The notes beneath the pieces are model-generated. The model was not told where the DNA came from. It was given only the letters and a program-made list of their open reading frames with translations, and did no database searches. Shown here one piece after another: positions 62,598-64,000 of a stretch of 64,000 nt of DNA (positions are counted from its first letter, which is position 1; each line of letters starts with the position of its first letter). The position numbers and the translations under genes are program-made. Origin of the DNA: Neoconidiobolus thromboides FSU 785 (lineage: Eukaryota > Fungi > Entomophthoromycota); assembly GCA_025603075.1 (NCBI GenBank), contig MU626272.1:1-64000 (forward strand), read 5' to 3'.

Positions 62598-64000
62598 TTA
62601 ACCACCAATTAATATCATTGGTCTATTTTTTGATTTTGCTAATTCTAACATACCAGCGTGTTTGGGTAATTTCTTTTTTACTGCTATAGATACCAATTGT
62701 TTTATCTCTTCTTCATTGACTTGTTTCCTCAACAAATCTCTTAAACTTATTTCTGAATTTCCAAACAAACATACCTATTATAATATTAAATTATATTATT
62801 GTTAATCTATTATTAAATTGTATTCTAATTTACTTTTAAATTCCCATCCGCTGTTATTCTTAATCGATTACACGTCGAACAAAAATGTTCAGTCATCGAA
62901 CTAATAAATCCAAAATTACCTTTATATCCATTCACTTGATAATGCTAGATGAAAATACCAATTAATTGATTTGTTATTATTATTATTATCTTACTTTTGT
63001 AGTATCATTTTTATCATCTGTAATTTTATTATATTCAGGATATTCATTACCAATCATTTTGAGTAATTCTTTATAAGGTACTAATTTTTTATCACTCCAT
63101 TTATTACCTATAATAATAAAATAAATAAAAAACCCCTAATATTATCAAATATACAAAAATCTAACTCACCATCGAAAGGCATGTATTCAATAAACCTTAC
63201 ACTAATTTTTCTATCTTTAGTTAATTGAATGAATTTAGGTACTTCTGTTTCATTCACTCCTTTAATAACTACGCAATTTATTTTTAAGTGTTCTATATCT
63301 AATCTTTCTGCTTCATCTAAACACTCCATTACTTTACTAAAGCCTAAATTTGTTTTTACATAAAAAATAATCCAAATTTAAACTTTGATAATTTACCATT
63401 CCTCCTCGTCATTAGTTGGTATTGAAATGGGTCTAAAGTATCCAAACTTAAATTTAATGTATTTAATCCATATTGAATTAATTTAGGTAATTTTCTTTTT
63501 AGTGCAATGCCATTGGATGTCATTGCTATTGATTTTAAGCCTAAATCTTTTAATTCAGATAGACCAGCTAAATTAAATATTAATTTTTTACTTTTTAATT
63601 AATTCGTCTTTATTAATATTACCAACTAATTCAATAATATCTTTCCTAATCGATGGTTCACCACCAGTCAATCGAATTTTATCTACTCCTTCACATACAA
63701 ATAATTTTGCTAATTGAAGTATCTCTGTAGTTGTTAATAACTCATTGTTTGGTGTTAATTCAATTCCTTCTTCGGGCATACAATAAGTACCTAATAATTT
63801 TAACAATTAATCATAGTTATTCGCGAATAATCACTGTAGTTACATCTCAAGTTACAACGTTCAGTTAGGGAAATGCGTAAATAGTTATGGGTTCGTTTGT
63901 GTAAGTCAGTTAATGTAGAGTTCAACTAAGAAGTTATAAGGTCTGTAATATGAAAAACAGTAAATTAACTTACCCTCTTAGCATAATATCGGTTAGTAAA
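62598..64000 (-). CDS. MOCS1: MoaA/MOCS1A GTP 3',8-cyclase (radical SAM), multi-exon, 5' end outside the window
   Basis: [14 protein letters not shown]|TYCMP (CxxxCxxC), [39 protein letters not shown] and terminal RPMILIGG*. Confidence 0.95.

Overview
Gene-dense, very AT-rich eukaryotic DNA with short GT-AG introns (mostly about 40-60 nt). A Zn2Cys6 transcription factor, a DASH subunit, a WC-1 photoreceptor and HP1/Swi6 mark it as fungal; an early-diverging, Conidiobolus-like lineage is my inference, not a proven assignment. About 34 protein-coding genes can be reconstructed by hand, many only after splicing across introns that the ORF track misses (HP1, EMC5, PFDN6, TIM13, a YABBY-like mini-protein, an AAA_33 kinase). 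Most are housekeeping genes. The strongest non-genic signal is a family of about 98-bp miniature inverted-repeat elements: 11 copies, all intergenic, in both orientations, with GRG...CYC termini and variable 4-bp target-site duplications, which fits a Sola-type transposon. Other notable items: (1) a MoaA/MoaC (MOCS1-like) locus where a splice donor inside the terminal Gly-Gly codons can skip the MoaA stop and fuse it to MoaC; (2) a WC-1 whose GATA finger keeps its four cysteines but has lost the DNA-contact motif; (3) a stand-alone RNase H; (4) a tandem pair of single-C2 proteins beside a secreted DPP5; (5) an acyl-CoA-binding domain on a long disordered N-terminus; (6) three cardiolipin-pathway genes within 37 kb. 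No tRNA, rRNA, CRISPR array or autonomous transposase was found. All gene models and family calls come from manual reading, without database searches.
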